Positions 36,864-49,013 of a stretch of DNA of 64,000 nucleotides are shown piece after piece. The translations under genes and the position numbers were made by a program. The notes beneath the pieces were generated by a model, which made no database searches, had not been told where the DNA came from, and saw only the letters and a list, made by a program, of their open reading frames with translations. Location of the stretch: contig KZ537999.1 in the NCBI GenBank assembly GCA_000934665.2, forward strand, positions 124,001 through 188,000, read 5' to 3'. The DNA comes from Catajapyx aquilonaris (lineage: Eukaryota). How positions within the stretch are numbered: the stretch's first letter is position 1; every line of letters starts with the position of its first letter.

Positions 36864-37716
36864 CTTTCCCCCTGAGAGTGGCAGTAGTGTACAGAGAAGG
36901 ACGATACGCCATCTACGTGAGGAACCTGGTACTGTGTCAAAATTGGCAACACTGCCCGCTACAAGTACCACTGATTATATTTTACTAAAATTATTAGAGG
37001 CGATTCTGATTGAAATAAAATTCAGTATCGTCTGAGAGTATCTAGCTATATCAAGAAGTGATAAAGCTGCTACTATAGCACAGCCAATTCAGAGGCGACT
37101 CGTGTATAACAGCTACGTTAACACCGACTGGAAGCTGCCATTAACATGATTCAGTCAACCTTATAATGCCTCGAGACCGTAAAGTAGCCCCCCGAATCCT
37201 TGCAGGGAAAAGCGGAATGCAATGTGCGGTACGCGGTGAAGATTAGTNGGGGGGAGAGGGAAAGAGAGAGTAAGGCATAAAACCGCGGAAAGGCTGCCCG
37301 AATCAGACCTTTGCTGCTAATGGCGCCGAAATTTATGGCAGATAAATCTGGACAAGTGGCAGGTGGGAAATTCACCTCGTTGCCTTGGTCACCAACAAGG
37401 ACCAATTGCTTTGTTGGTTGTTTCCAGGGTTGCCAGACACGCTGAGATGTGATCACTTAGGTTAAGTAGCCGAAGGCATTGCTCCAGGTCAAGGCTTAGC
37501 TCGGCTTTCAACATACAAGTGCAGATCAGTTTAAGTAGGTGTGTGTAGTGAACCGGAGAGAAATTAGCAATTTGCTGTAGTAGCAGACCCGTTGCCAAAT
37601 ATTGGCAACATTGCTTGGCCCACCCTCCAATTTGGACGTTGTACAATTATATAGGCCACTACCAGTTGGCACACAGGCTCTCCCTCTGCACACTCCTGCC
37701 ACTCTCAGGGAGAAAG
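36864..37716. mobile_element. Non-autonomous TIR DNA transposon (MITE), 853 bp, TA-flanked (Tc1/mariner-like target)
   Basis: Left end CTTTCCCCCTGAGAGTGGCAGTAGTGTACAGAG versus the reverse complement of the right end CTTTCTCCCTGAGAGTGGCAGGAGTGTGCAGAG gives 30/33 identity. TA at 36862-36863 and 37717-37718. A further copy of the end lies at 19695. No transposase ORF. Confidence 0.85.
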
Positions 37717-40700
37717 TATTACATGCACGCTGGTGATGAGTCATTGCACGGACAAAGTCCACCAGGGCGCAGTACGACTGTTGAATTGTTGAACGGGGAA
37801 AGTGTATGACTGTATAAACTACTACCTTGCTTCCAGGTTGGAGTCAAGGATTGTGAATTCTGTATACGATTCCAACGTCCTATGGGCTTATTATTTTAAA
37901 TACAGCGTGTATTTTCTGCCAGACATAACTTACCCCCCCCCCCCCAAAAAAAAAAAAAATCAGGTGGTAAAATTGCGCCAATGATTATAACGGGCGGATG
38001 GAAAACAATAACCAAGGGCGGTCTCCAGAGTGAGTAATTATAATTGGAAAGGCAACCGTGAATGTGGACAAACTAATAGAGGGAGTGCTCATTACTGCAG
38101 CATTGTACATATCCTTCCAAGTTCATTAGCTTTTATCGGACGGTGCCATGGAAAATTTGTTGTGCGGTGCAACATTGCAGCTTACAACCTGTTAATTGGC
38201 TTAATGTCGGACTCGATGAGTATGCGCGGCAGAAAAGAAATCTTTTCCCGACCACAGTGTGTGTGGCAGATGAACCGTTTGAAAAAACCCTGAAACACGT
38301 CACTCCTTCCCTCGAAATGAAGCCCTGAGACGTGGGGTATCCCCCCCCCCCCCCCCTAAAACGTCGTCTGGCACTGTCAAGCCTTTACGGACATGCCTAG
38401 ACATCCCTGCAAGGAGGCGGCACTTAGGTCCCTGCCTATCAAGGCCTGCCAAGCCCTTTTCCCAAGTCCAAGCCTCAACCCTTCATTATTCACGACTTTC
38501 ACCCCCCTCCCCATTCCCCATTTGGGCCAACGTCACATAAACCGGCAGCACAGAAGCACAAGTTTATGTAGGTGGAAGAGCAAAGACCGGGTCTATTTCC
38601 AGCCGGAGTCTGACTCCGGAGAAAACCTTGGTTTCAGGGTACAAGCTGAGCAGGACACGGGCTTCAAAGAGTCAAATGGCCTGAGAGGCTGGGATTTGAG
38701 ATAAGGATTGGACCGACCAGAATCAGATCAAAACAGAAATGAGGAAGATTGTGAAAACCTGTACTTTGAGACGTTCACACAGAAACATATACCGGTACTG
38801 TAACTATACAGAGGGTCACGTACTGTCTCTACATACCACACTCAAACCACAGCATAGGAGAAAAAGAATCCGAGCCTCGATAATTCCGGCGATCAACCCC
38901 GGATTGGGCGTTTTTGGAAGAGGGCACCTGGGCGATTTCCTGTAATCCCTGTACAGGCTTCACGTTTCGGATCGTTACAGGCATCATCCTGCAGGCCGGA
39001 TCAAGGCAGGTTTCCAATACGGGGGGGAGAAGGCTTGGCTTACTCGCTTGAACGTTGGTAATCCCGTCTCAGACGACAATGGCCCGATGGAAGGGAGGAG
39101 AGAAGAGCTGGCATGTAAGACTCTCTCTGCTGCCTTGCATCCCACCCACCCACCCATCCCAGCATCTCAGCTATACCTTACCCTGTCGTCCTATTACGAC
39201 TCCCTCGGCAACATCAAAACGCAACATGGGCTCTACTGGAGCGTCACATTGGAGCATAATGAATTAGACGCTCCTGCTATTCCCAATTCCTCTTCCCCAT
39301 CCTCCGGCATCTTTTGTGGATTTGGTTACATCCGAATGCACAGACAATCTGAAGAGCAACAAAGTTAACTACGCACGTTTCCTCCCCCCACTTCTTTTTT
39401 TTATACAGAAAGAGGAGGAGGAGGAATGGAGAAAGGACCGTATAACATTCGTGTTTCACAAATCCCCTTCAGGCCACTCGTATATGAAAGCGTCGTGTTT
39501 CCTTGGTTGCGCCGAAGAAGCGACTAATAAGATCAACAATGGATTACAATTTCATCTTCGTCTGGCCCCAAGCACCGCGCATTAGTTACGCAACTTTCGG
39601 GGGGCTCAAAATCTAGAATAGTTTTAGTTAGCTATATTCCATACATGTAACAGTATAAAACAGAACCATTATTACACTACAATAAACTCTGCTTTCCACT
39701 AATAATAAGAGGATAGCGCAATTCAAATAATTGTACAGTACCACACTGTATATTTTCATACACGCTGAATACGGCAGCCTGGAGACGCTACCGTTCTACA
39801 AAAAAACTGTGTATATGTAGTAACATATCGCAATGATTTAATTGAATGAAGCTGGGGGGTACTCAACGTGAGACGTGAGCTAGGCCTACATGTAGTGCAA
39901 TATGCATGGCGGGATGGAGAGATCACACTTCCATCCCATTAAAATTAAAATGTTCTAGCCCCAACGCTGTGATGCTCAGACAAGTGTTGCATAATCATGC
40001 ATGCTTAAATAGGCTCAACAATCAAGCTTCCACTCTATGTGACAGCACACTTTGGGAGAGAGCTTCACAAAAGTTGTGTACGAAACATTTTTGCACAAAA
40101 AAAGGGTGTCTAGTGGCACTTTGTCACACAATCTGCATGGCACTTGACACCACGTGTCAAGATAGTGTTTTTGGTAGGTTGGCAACCCCGAACCCAACCC
40201 CGCCATATTCGAGCGTCGTTTCCTTTTAGTGTCCTCCAGGGCACGAGCTGGTAAAGTCCTCCCCGCTTCTTCCCTCCGCGAAAATAAGAAGAGAAAAAAA
40301 AATCCCCCTCCAGGTCTGAAGTAATTGGCTGGTCTATAAGCCGCATCCTGCCACGGAACCAATTGCAAGGCCCGACCTGCCCTTTTCAATTATTCACATT
40401 CTCACCAAGTAATGAGCTTTTTTTCATCCTCCTCCTATACACTTGAGTCGCATGATGGCCATGCTAAAAAGTCAAGATGTGCTGAACTTTGCCAACATTT
40501 GCTCTCTTTTTTTCTCTCTGAGGCCGATTCGATCCACTGACTCGATAAAGAGGTTGGAAATACAACATTGATCGCCTGTCAGGTACTCAAATACGGCTTC
40601 ATTCCCGATTCGGCCCCAATTAAACAGGTTTTCAACATTCAGTGAAGTTTACACAGGGTGTAACACAAGCTACAGCACGACACAAAAATAGCTGACAGCT

Positions 40701-41638
40701 TTCTATTTAGCTCCGTATCAAACAAACCATGCTGTAAAATTGTCCCTAACTTTTTTTTTCCCTCATGTATTTTTTGGTAGTATGTTGAGCCCTGGTGATC
40801 ACGGTTCACTTGGAACGAGCAGCACGTGAGTGATTTCACTCCCCCTTTTTGAAAAACAAGCCAGAGAGACTGGTGCAATTCGGCGTCCGGGAACGTGTGA
40901 GTTGCAGCTGCACCATAGTGTCATCATATATGAGACAGCCGAGGGATGAGCTTGCCAAAAAATTGCGGAGCAGATTGATTTGAGCCAGATGTTGCTTTCC
41001 GACCCCGGGTTTTTACAAAGAAGCAAAATATGACAGAGGGAGAGCAAAAACAAAAAAAAGCATTTTCCTCTGATTTCTTATTCCATTGTAAACTCTTGTT
41101 TTTTTACGAGGGCTGGAGGAAAAAGGGGGCGAAGTAAAAAGGAAACAAAAACTCAATTTGGAGCAGGGGGTGCATTTTTGCGAAGATACAGAGACGATAA
41201 AAATTTCACAAATGCCTTGGGTTCTGGGGAGGGTCACGCGATGTCCCTTTTCACATATCCTATGAATAAAATAGACTTTCTCTGATTCAACCCTGCGACA
41301 TGGGCCAAACACTGTCCCGACTCTGGAGTCGGGAAAACGTTTCTAGACAGTAAAATGAGCAGACATTTCCCTTCCTTCCTACACGTATTATTTGTGAAGT
41401 TTAGGAGAGTAACCCTCTTTGTTTCTACCCCAAGTTTATCTGCACTTTACAGGGGAAAATTGCACACTCTACACCCCTTGTGAATGCATAACTCCCAAAT
41501 AAGGAACCGTCTACATTTTCTTACCCCTTGAACATTCTGCAAAGTTTAGAAGGGTGGCCCCCACACATGCATAATTCATATGCCAGATAACGCAGAGAAA
41601 CAATGAGCAAAACTTAAACACTCTGCGGCTAGGCAGAG

Positions 41639-41656
41639 TACGCGTAATTACGCGTA
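41639..41656. repeat. Perfect 18-bp palindrome TACGCGTAATTACGCGTA
   Basis: The sequence equals its own reverse complement. Confidence 0.9.
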
Positions 41657-44600
41657 TTTCGACACATAAACTCGAGCATGTCATGCTTTATATTTCAAAA
41701 CGTGCTTGTCGTGACGTCACCTTGTACTTGAGGCACCGACGAACAAAAGGCTAAGTACGAAAAATAGAGATCTCGTTAGCCACTCCGCCGAATATTACCT
41801 CCAACAGGAAGGAAAAGGGTTTAGCGCAGAAACACGGAAGGATTTTCGCGGACTCTGCCCCGGAATTTCGCGTATTTAACTCCAGCTGTGCGCCTGTTGT
41901 ATACCGACATTTTCCCTCAAACCCTGTGGGAGGGAAAGAGAGGAGAGGGGGCGGGGGATTGGTATAAAAACTTAACAAGCATGGTGCGTGTTCCTTCAGG
42001 CCTGCAAAGCTCAGTCAAGGGTTTTGTGACGCTTCCGGCAGCACTGGATTTGAAGTACAGGCTGGCCCAGATATTGCCCCTAGTAGTTACCATAATGTTC
42101 TTACAAGCGGTTCATTTTGTGGCAGAAAAATATAGGTAATGTAAAGAAGAATTTAACTTCCCTTTCAGGCAGTGCATTTTCAGCACTAAAAAAAACCCTG
42201 CTTCAATTCCCAGTCCTGGCAGCCAGCTTCTCCTGCATTATCAGGTGAAAGCAGCAATTGGCTTCGAAGCAAACGCAGTCAGACAGAATACAAGTCAGCA
42301 GCAGCGGTGACGAAAGTGGCATGCAAAGTGATAAGGTAGACAAAAGGCCTCCCCGTGTCCTAAGAAGGTCAGCATTTCTCCGGGAGAGCCTGAGACCCAA
42401 CCTCCCAAAATACAAGCTGCCAAAGGGGGCGGGATGTGCAGCAGCGCAATGCATACCAATCCCTCCTTGGGAGAGAGTAAAGGAGGACAAGGGATTTGGC
42501 ATGCGAATGGCCCAAAGTTTGGGGGCGCAAAAAGAAGGCCTGCTATGGCTGCACCCTAAGCAAAACCTGGGCCTTTCCAAATGGGGACACTCATATCCGG
42601 CTGGTAATTATCTTTAACGCGACGTCCTCTTCGTTACTGACACCTTCCTAATTCCTAGCACGACTCGGTTAATCTACAACGGAACGACCGCCGCATGTAA
42701 TTAACAGGGGGCCCCGAGTATTAAGCAGCGCCATGATTCATTCCTTACTGCCCATCCTCGTTAGCACCATTGGCGGATTGGGAAGGCAGCGAAAAAGCCA
42801 AGGGCTTGATTACAATAACACTATTTGGATGTGCATACAATGCGAAAACTCCATGGGGGGGTCCGGAAACCTCGCAGGGTATTTTTAATTCGCTGATTTT
42901 ATGAGCTGCTAAACTTTCATGGACTGGCCTGTGGCACCCCCTCGACTCCCTTCCGGCATGTCAACTCACTTTTCAGGCCGTATCATTGCGATGCAATGAG
43001 TAGAACCCCGTGACGTTACTCCCACGGGACCATGCGATGGGGGGTAAGTACGGCTCGGTATATCAAGAGGACCGCGCACACTTGCACTCAATTCATTAAA
43101 CACGGCCGAATAAAAAATTAAGGGCCGGCAGACATCAGCAGCTGGATGGGCCACATATAGAGAGAGAGAGGGTGGGGGAGAAAAAAATACACACACAAAA
43201 AAATAGAGAGAAGAGAGTTCCCAATTACAGTATAGTCCGGGTGTGTTAAAGATAGATGGTGCTGATGGCTCGACCGAGCCTGAATCTACAGAGAGGATCA
43301 GGTTTGGACACAAACATCTTTGCGCCTATTTCCAGTACTGAAATTAGTTTACTCTCGGGAGTGCTTCCTAATACAGGAGAATCAACATCATGAATGCCTT
43401 AGGTCAATTCACCTCCATGCACATTTGGTATCAACAAGGTGTAATTCCTCCATGTAATTGCGAAATCACTTTTGCAAATGCTGTGTTGGTATTCCTGGAC
43501 AAGTACTGCAATGTTCCATTAGCAGAGACTAAGGTATAGTCCTCGGTGATGGAGTTACGAAATGTGTCCTCAAGACAAGGCCGGTTTATGCCAGGATTTA
43601 ATGCATAACATTGCTTTGATGCCAGTGCCGCACCAAGCCACTGTCTTATACGTGTCTTGTAAGGGAAGCGCATAATTGATACTCACAATAATTAAACATT
43701 GCGCTTTGCTTTGTATGTATCATGGATATTCATATTAGGCTAGAATATATGGGCGGATACCAATTAAAGCCTGGATGCACTTGCAAATGTCAAACCCTGC
43801 TCCAAAATCAGATTTCGCCAACACCTGCGTGCCGTGAGCAGAATAAACACAAAATACAAGTAAAATCAAACTGAAAATGTGTGTCATGCTGACTTCTATT
43901 CAAAACACGTCCTCTGATAATGTACACTCAATTGCCCATTGGTGTTGACACACCTGAGGCACGTATGCAATCCACCAACACTTCACCTGCTGGCACACCC
44001 CCCCTACCCCCTAATTAGAAATTCATTATTCAGGCAGAAAACACTGCCTCCAAGCAAAGTAGACAAGTTGCGAAACATCTACTTCACATACTTCTTGCAT
44101 CCAAAAAGCGCTTCGAGTGTTTTACACTACTTATAATGCCAGCGGAATGGCGCATTAATTAACACACTTTACTCCACTTAAGAAAAAATATACTTGCACT
44201 GTAAGTAAAGTGCGGAGAGTATAATAACGGGAGGGTGCAGGAAATATTATTTTGCAATTCAAAATTCCCATCTAGTTTGCTCACTTATTAAAATATCTCG
44301 CTCTGAGCAATGAGCCGCCGATAGAGTTTGCAAGATAAACAGGCACACGCACTACATAAGTGCCTGTGGCCTATTGGAATAATCCACGCGTTTGCACACT
44401 TATTATAAATGACCTTATGAATTACAGACTTCATGTGGACGGCAGGCAGGTTAGCCAGTGGCTAGTGTGCACGCTGTTCTAATATTCTGGTTGAAGAAAA
44501 TGAATTGGAATTTTCAAAAAAATGGATTTAATTTTGGATGAACATTTTTCTCCTAAATTTCCTGCATCTAGTTCATTGGGTTCTTAATTTCTCGTACAAT

Positions 44601-47600
44601 CCGGGCCTGAATCGCTGCTCCTGTCGAGGCCAGCTCAAGTAAAGAGCATCCCCGTATAGGTGCGCCCCCCTAGAATCGCAGTCAGAAGTGTCGTCGACGG
44701 TCGCAGAAATTTGAGGAAACGTCAGTGGCAGGCATTTGAGCCGGATCAATTTCAGCCCAGGGTGTGGGAAGAGAGAAGCCCTTTCGATTGCCCCTCTCCC
44801 TCCCCCACCTCTCTCCACCTCCCTTCCCAAAACTTCCATTCCGACTACGTGCGACTATCAACTTGGGAGCATGTCTCATTTATTGCCAACTTGGAGGATG
44901 GCGAGATTTTCCAGCGGCTGTTGTGTATTATGGAGTACTTTGGAAGAGATGGAGCCTGCAGGGGCTTTTGCAAAGGATTCCCCCTTTCCCTTCCCTCTTC
45001 CCTCGTCCCATCTCCTGTATATTGTATGAACCTGTTGGAGGAAAGGCATAGTCAGTGGAAGGGATCCTCTGATTGTATCTCTGGCCCCTGCGATCCGAAA
45101 ATCGGAGATTTCCAGCAGAGACTTGTAGTATACGTGAGGTGCAATTGGGACCGTCCCCCCTCTTCTCTTGTGGGGATCTTGTGGGCTTTATGAGCTAATG
45201 CGCCCCGGTGTTACAGCGCACGAGCTCCTGACTCCACGTCCGAACGCCCTGTCCTTTAATCAAAAAGCCTAGTGTAAATCCGTCACAACGGGTACGTGCC
45301 AGATATGCCAGTTCAACTTGGACAACTTTCCCAGATGAGAAGCATGCTAATAAAATACTGCCTCGTTCCATCCATGCCTCAGTATTTTGCTCCCAATCCC
45401 TGCCGGAAGCCCTAATGTCTGAACCCTCCCTTAAGCCTCTGTTTCTTTCAGCGTAATGATGCGTAATTAGCGGCGGCAACATCTCCGGGGCGCCATCTTT
45501 TTCCGGGTGGTTGTGCGAACAGGAATTGAAAAAGGAAACCCGGGCTTTTCCTCCCCCCCTACGTGCCCCCCGGGGAGAAAATCTTCCCCCTTCCCCCCCT
45601 TCATAATAATCCAAAGTACAGTAACCCCCACAGTACCAAAAACCTACATGAGGCGCAGAATATTAATAAACGAAGGGAGCCCTCCTCCCCTCCTGGGCCG
45701 TCTCCTTTATTATAAAACCAAGGTTTATTTAAAAAGGAAAACCTCTCCCTGGTCCCCAAAATAGCCTCGAACCAAACGCAACAAACCAGCCCTTTTCGGC
45801 CGGAAGTGGAGGAAAGGAAGAGGAGGGAGGGAAGCAGCCAATAAGAGCCGGCGCCACCAAAATGCTGCTGCCTCGTTCATCTTTGTTTGCTCAGTTTGCA
45901 AATCATAAAGAGATGGAAAGGGGGGAGAGTGCAGCAAGGCCTGGCTTTCTAATCATGCGTTGCAGCTGACGGTACAGAATATTACACATTGGTGTACCAT
46001 TAAATTTGCAGTGCACTAACTTCTTACATCTGCATCGGGCAGATCTTTTCACCTTGGAAATGAAGTTGCATCCAGCATGAGGCGCATTGAGGCATAATCT
46101 GATTTTACACCTTTTCATCCCGAATCTATAGGGGCCGCCATGTCGCGGGCTCGTAAATCGTCGGGTGTCCCTGCAACCTCCCGAGATTAAACCCCACCCA
46201 CCCAACCCCCACGGTCAGCAATCAAGTTTACGGACTGACATAAAACCCACAGGAGCAGCCACAAAAAATATATTATATGGAGTCGGGTCAGAAGACACTC
46301 TTCAGGATCACGGCATCAAGCTGATGGCTTAATTGGTTTCCATCCTACGAGAGAGGGAACTCGGAGCTAGTTATCCTGACATGTAGGCAAACCAAGCGCT
46401 TCTCTTGCGCAACGGATTGCCTACTTCGAAGGCGCTTTACAGCACACCCTGTAGGGATGACCTGCTGCACTCTTTAGATCCAGTGTCATTACCTCGCCCG
46501 CTCGCCGCACAAGGTGTAAGCACATGTGTAGTGTCCTGTAAATAGCGGTGTTGTACAGTGATGGCGTAACTAAATACCGAGTGCTCCACAATAAACTCCC
46601 CGGGACGCATAATACGGTAATGTTTAATAGCCGATTAAATCCAAATTACGCTTTTGCAATAACTGGATTACCAATTACATTAATCCAGATGAGCGTGTAA
46701 ATCAAGCGAACCAGTAACGGTGGGGGTTTGTAACGCGATTATTCATTAATTATGAAAATTTCCTTCAAGGCACTGTGTGTGTCGCGAACTGTCCGGCACG
46801 TACAGTATGCCCGGATGCAACAAGTTAACATTACCATTAATATAGCAAAGGGTCAAAAAATGTGCAGCATGACTAAATATCAGCACCATTTCACAAATAA
46901 ATAACAGGCCTGGTTTTGACATCTTTTGCACATTATTTGCGTTGGTCGCCGGCATCTGAGTCACATAGAGTAACCCAAAAATAATCCTCGACATTCCGCA
47001 TTGCCGAACACGAAAAAACTCTCACAATTAATACTTAAGAACGCGTTATCGCCTTTAAAAAAAACTGGCCGCAATATAATCAGTCTGCCAACCGCGAAAC
47101 AAGGCCTAGGCGATACCGACTCAAATCAGTAAGCTGAAATATTCACAGGGACTCGGTTCCCGATTCGTGTCCGCTCCAGTACTCCGATGAATATCTCGCT
47201 CGAAAAAGAAAAAAAAGAACATACAAAACGTTTTTAGCGACTAAAAATAAGGAGGGATATAGAGGCCAGAAAAAAAGAGCAAAAGGGTTGGGACTAGTGG
47301 AAGAGAGGCTTTGGTTTGCTTTGTGCTTTTGGCCCGCGCCGGACTGTCAGCCGGCAATAAAACGAAATGTTGTGGAAATGATGGGCAGGATGGGATTGCA
47401 GGCATTAGATGCTCAGATGCACACTTGTCTAGGGAATCTCTGTCCCCTCAGGGGTGGCGGGGGAAGGGGAGGGGGGGGAAAAGCTTCCATAACTCACAGG
47501 CCTGCCAATGCACCCGGATATCCGTCAATACCACAGGCTTACACCCAACTTCAACACTGCTCAGTCGTACCAGCCCCTGTAAATTTTTGGGAGGGTAAAA

Positions 47601-48424
47601 AAAAAAGACAGGAGTTGGCAACAGGGCGCTGATGTAATCAACGGCTCACAATAAAACTTTGATGCGATTTGCCTCGCAGCAAAAGGTTTCCGCTTGGAAT
47701 AGGGCTCATTACTTGCTTCAGACACGATCCAAAAACCCACCAGGATTTGCAAAAAGGCTGTAAAAATTTCCACAGCATTGTTACCCTGGGATGTCAGTGG
47801 GTCGCCGATGAGTTTGCCAAAAAAAACACACCGAACCCTTGATTTTTTTGGTAAACACACCCCCCACAGTCGGTCAATAAATCCAAGTGGCGGTTGCGGG
47901 TTTACCGTTGTTATTAACTCTTTCCAGCAAGTTTCAATTACTAACGCGGGGGGGGGGGGGCNGGGGCACGTTTGGGTCGCATACCACCAATGAACTGGTG
48001 TAACAATTATTATTACAACTATTATGCTACAGAATATTCTTGCAAGTAAATAACTTTCAGAAGATTTTTCCCTTCCATGGCATTTCCTGGGGTTCCGTTT
48101 TTTCCCCCTTTCCTCCGGAGTATTTTCTCTCCTCTCATGCCTGGCTGCCAAACGCCAGGCCGCTCACCCATCATCTCCCGGGGTGTTAGCAAGCCTACCC
48201 TGTCACCTCCACACCCCGGTTTCAGATATAAGAATAATAAGGGACCCGTGCTGAGAATATCTGCCCCCACTCCCTACAGCCTCCCTTCCACATGTGATGT
48301 CTTTGGAAATGTCGGCAGGTGGTGCAGAAGGAAAAGAGGAGCAGCCTTGAAGTTTTCCACTGCAGTAAAAGCCTAGGAGGAAGAAGGGGGCACGTGGCCT
48401 GCCACTTTAATGGTCTTCCGATGG

Positions 48425-48606
48425 AAATCGCAATTCTCCAGCTCATGCTCTGGAGAAGTGAGGAGGGGGGAGTTTTAGAGTAGGGGGAGGGAGGGAGGGA
48501 GAAAAAGTCCACGTGTGCGATGACTTACAGCCTGATATTAGTAATGCGAACATCAAAGATCATGGGTAGGGTGGGGGGTCCGTGACTGGAGGCTGGAATT
48601 ATTGCG
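48425..48606 (+). repeat. Direct duplication, copy 1 (~180 bp)
   Basis: Shares collinear blocks GCAATTCT.CAGC.CATGCT.TGGAG, AAAAAGTCCACGTGTGCG.TGACTTACAG, TAATGCGAACATCAAAGATCATGG and TGACTGGAGGCTGGAATTAT.GCG with 48837-49013. Confidence 0.92.
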
Positions 48607-48836
48607 AAAGATTATTGCTAAACACCCTGTACTATCTGTCAGGAAAGTTTGGTATTATGGAGCACTCTGTGCAACCATCAAAACCCTATGAATATAAAAT
48701 ATGTGAAGAAGTGATATCGGCTCTCAAACTTCGGATCATCAAAACATATTAAAATAATTATTACAAAAATGTCATCTTATTATGACTTTCACAAATTTTC
48801 TTCCCACACCCAGAGCAAAATTTTAAAAATAAATGT

Positions 48837-49013
48837 AAATCGCAGCAATTCTACAGCCCATGCTTTGGAGTAGGGTGAAAGTAAGGGGCAATTTCAGCGA
48901 GGGAAAAAAGTCCACGTGTGCGTTGACTTACAGGCTGGGTATTAATAATGCGAACATCAAAGATCATGGATGGTGGGGAGGGACTGCCATGACTGGAGGC
49001 TGGAATTATCGCG
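48837..49013 (+). repeat. Direct duplication, copy 2
   Basis: Same blocks as copy 1, offset by ~400-410 bp. Confidence 0.92.

Noticed and set aside
42138..42150. AATGTAAAGAAG resembling miR-1
   Set aside because: The seed start and 3' end mismatch; no hairpin.
42258..42617. Protein-like ORF (119 aa)
   Set aside because: Non-ATG start, no recognisable homology, and no clear splice context.
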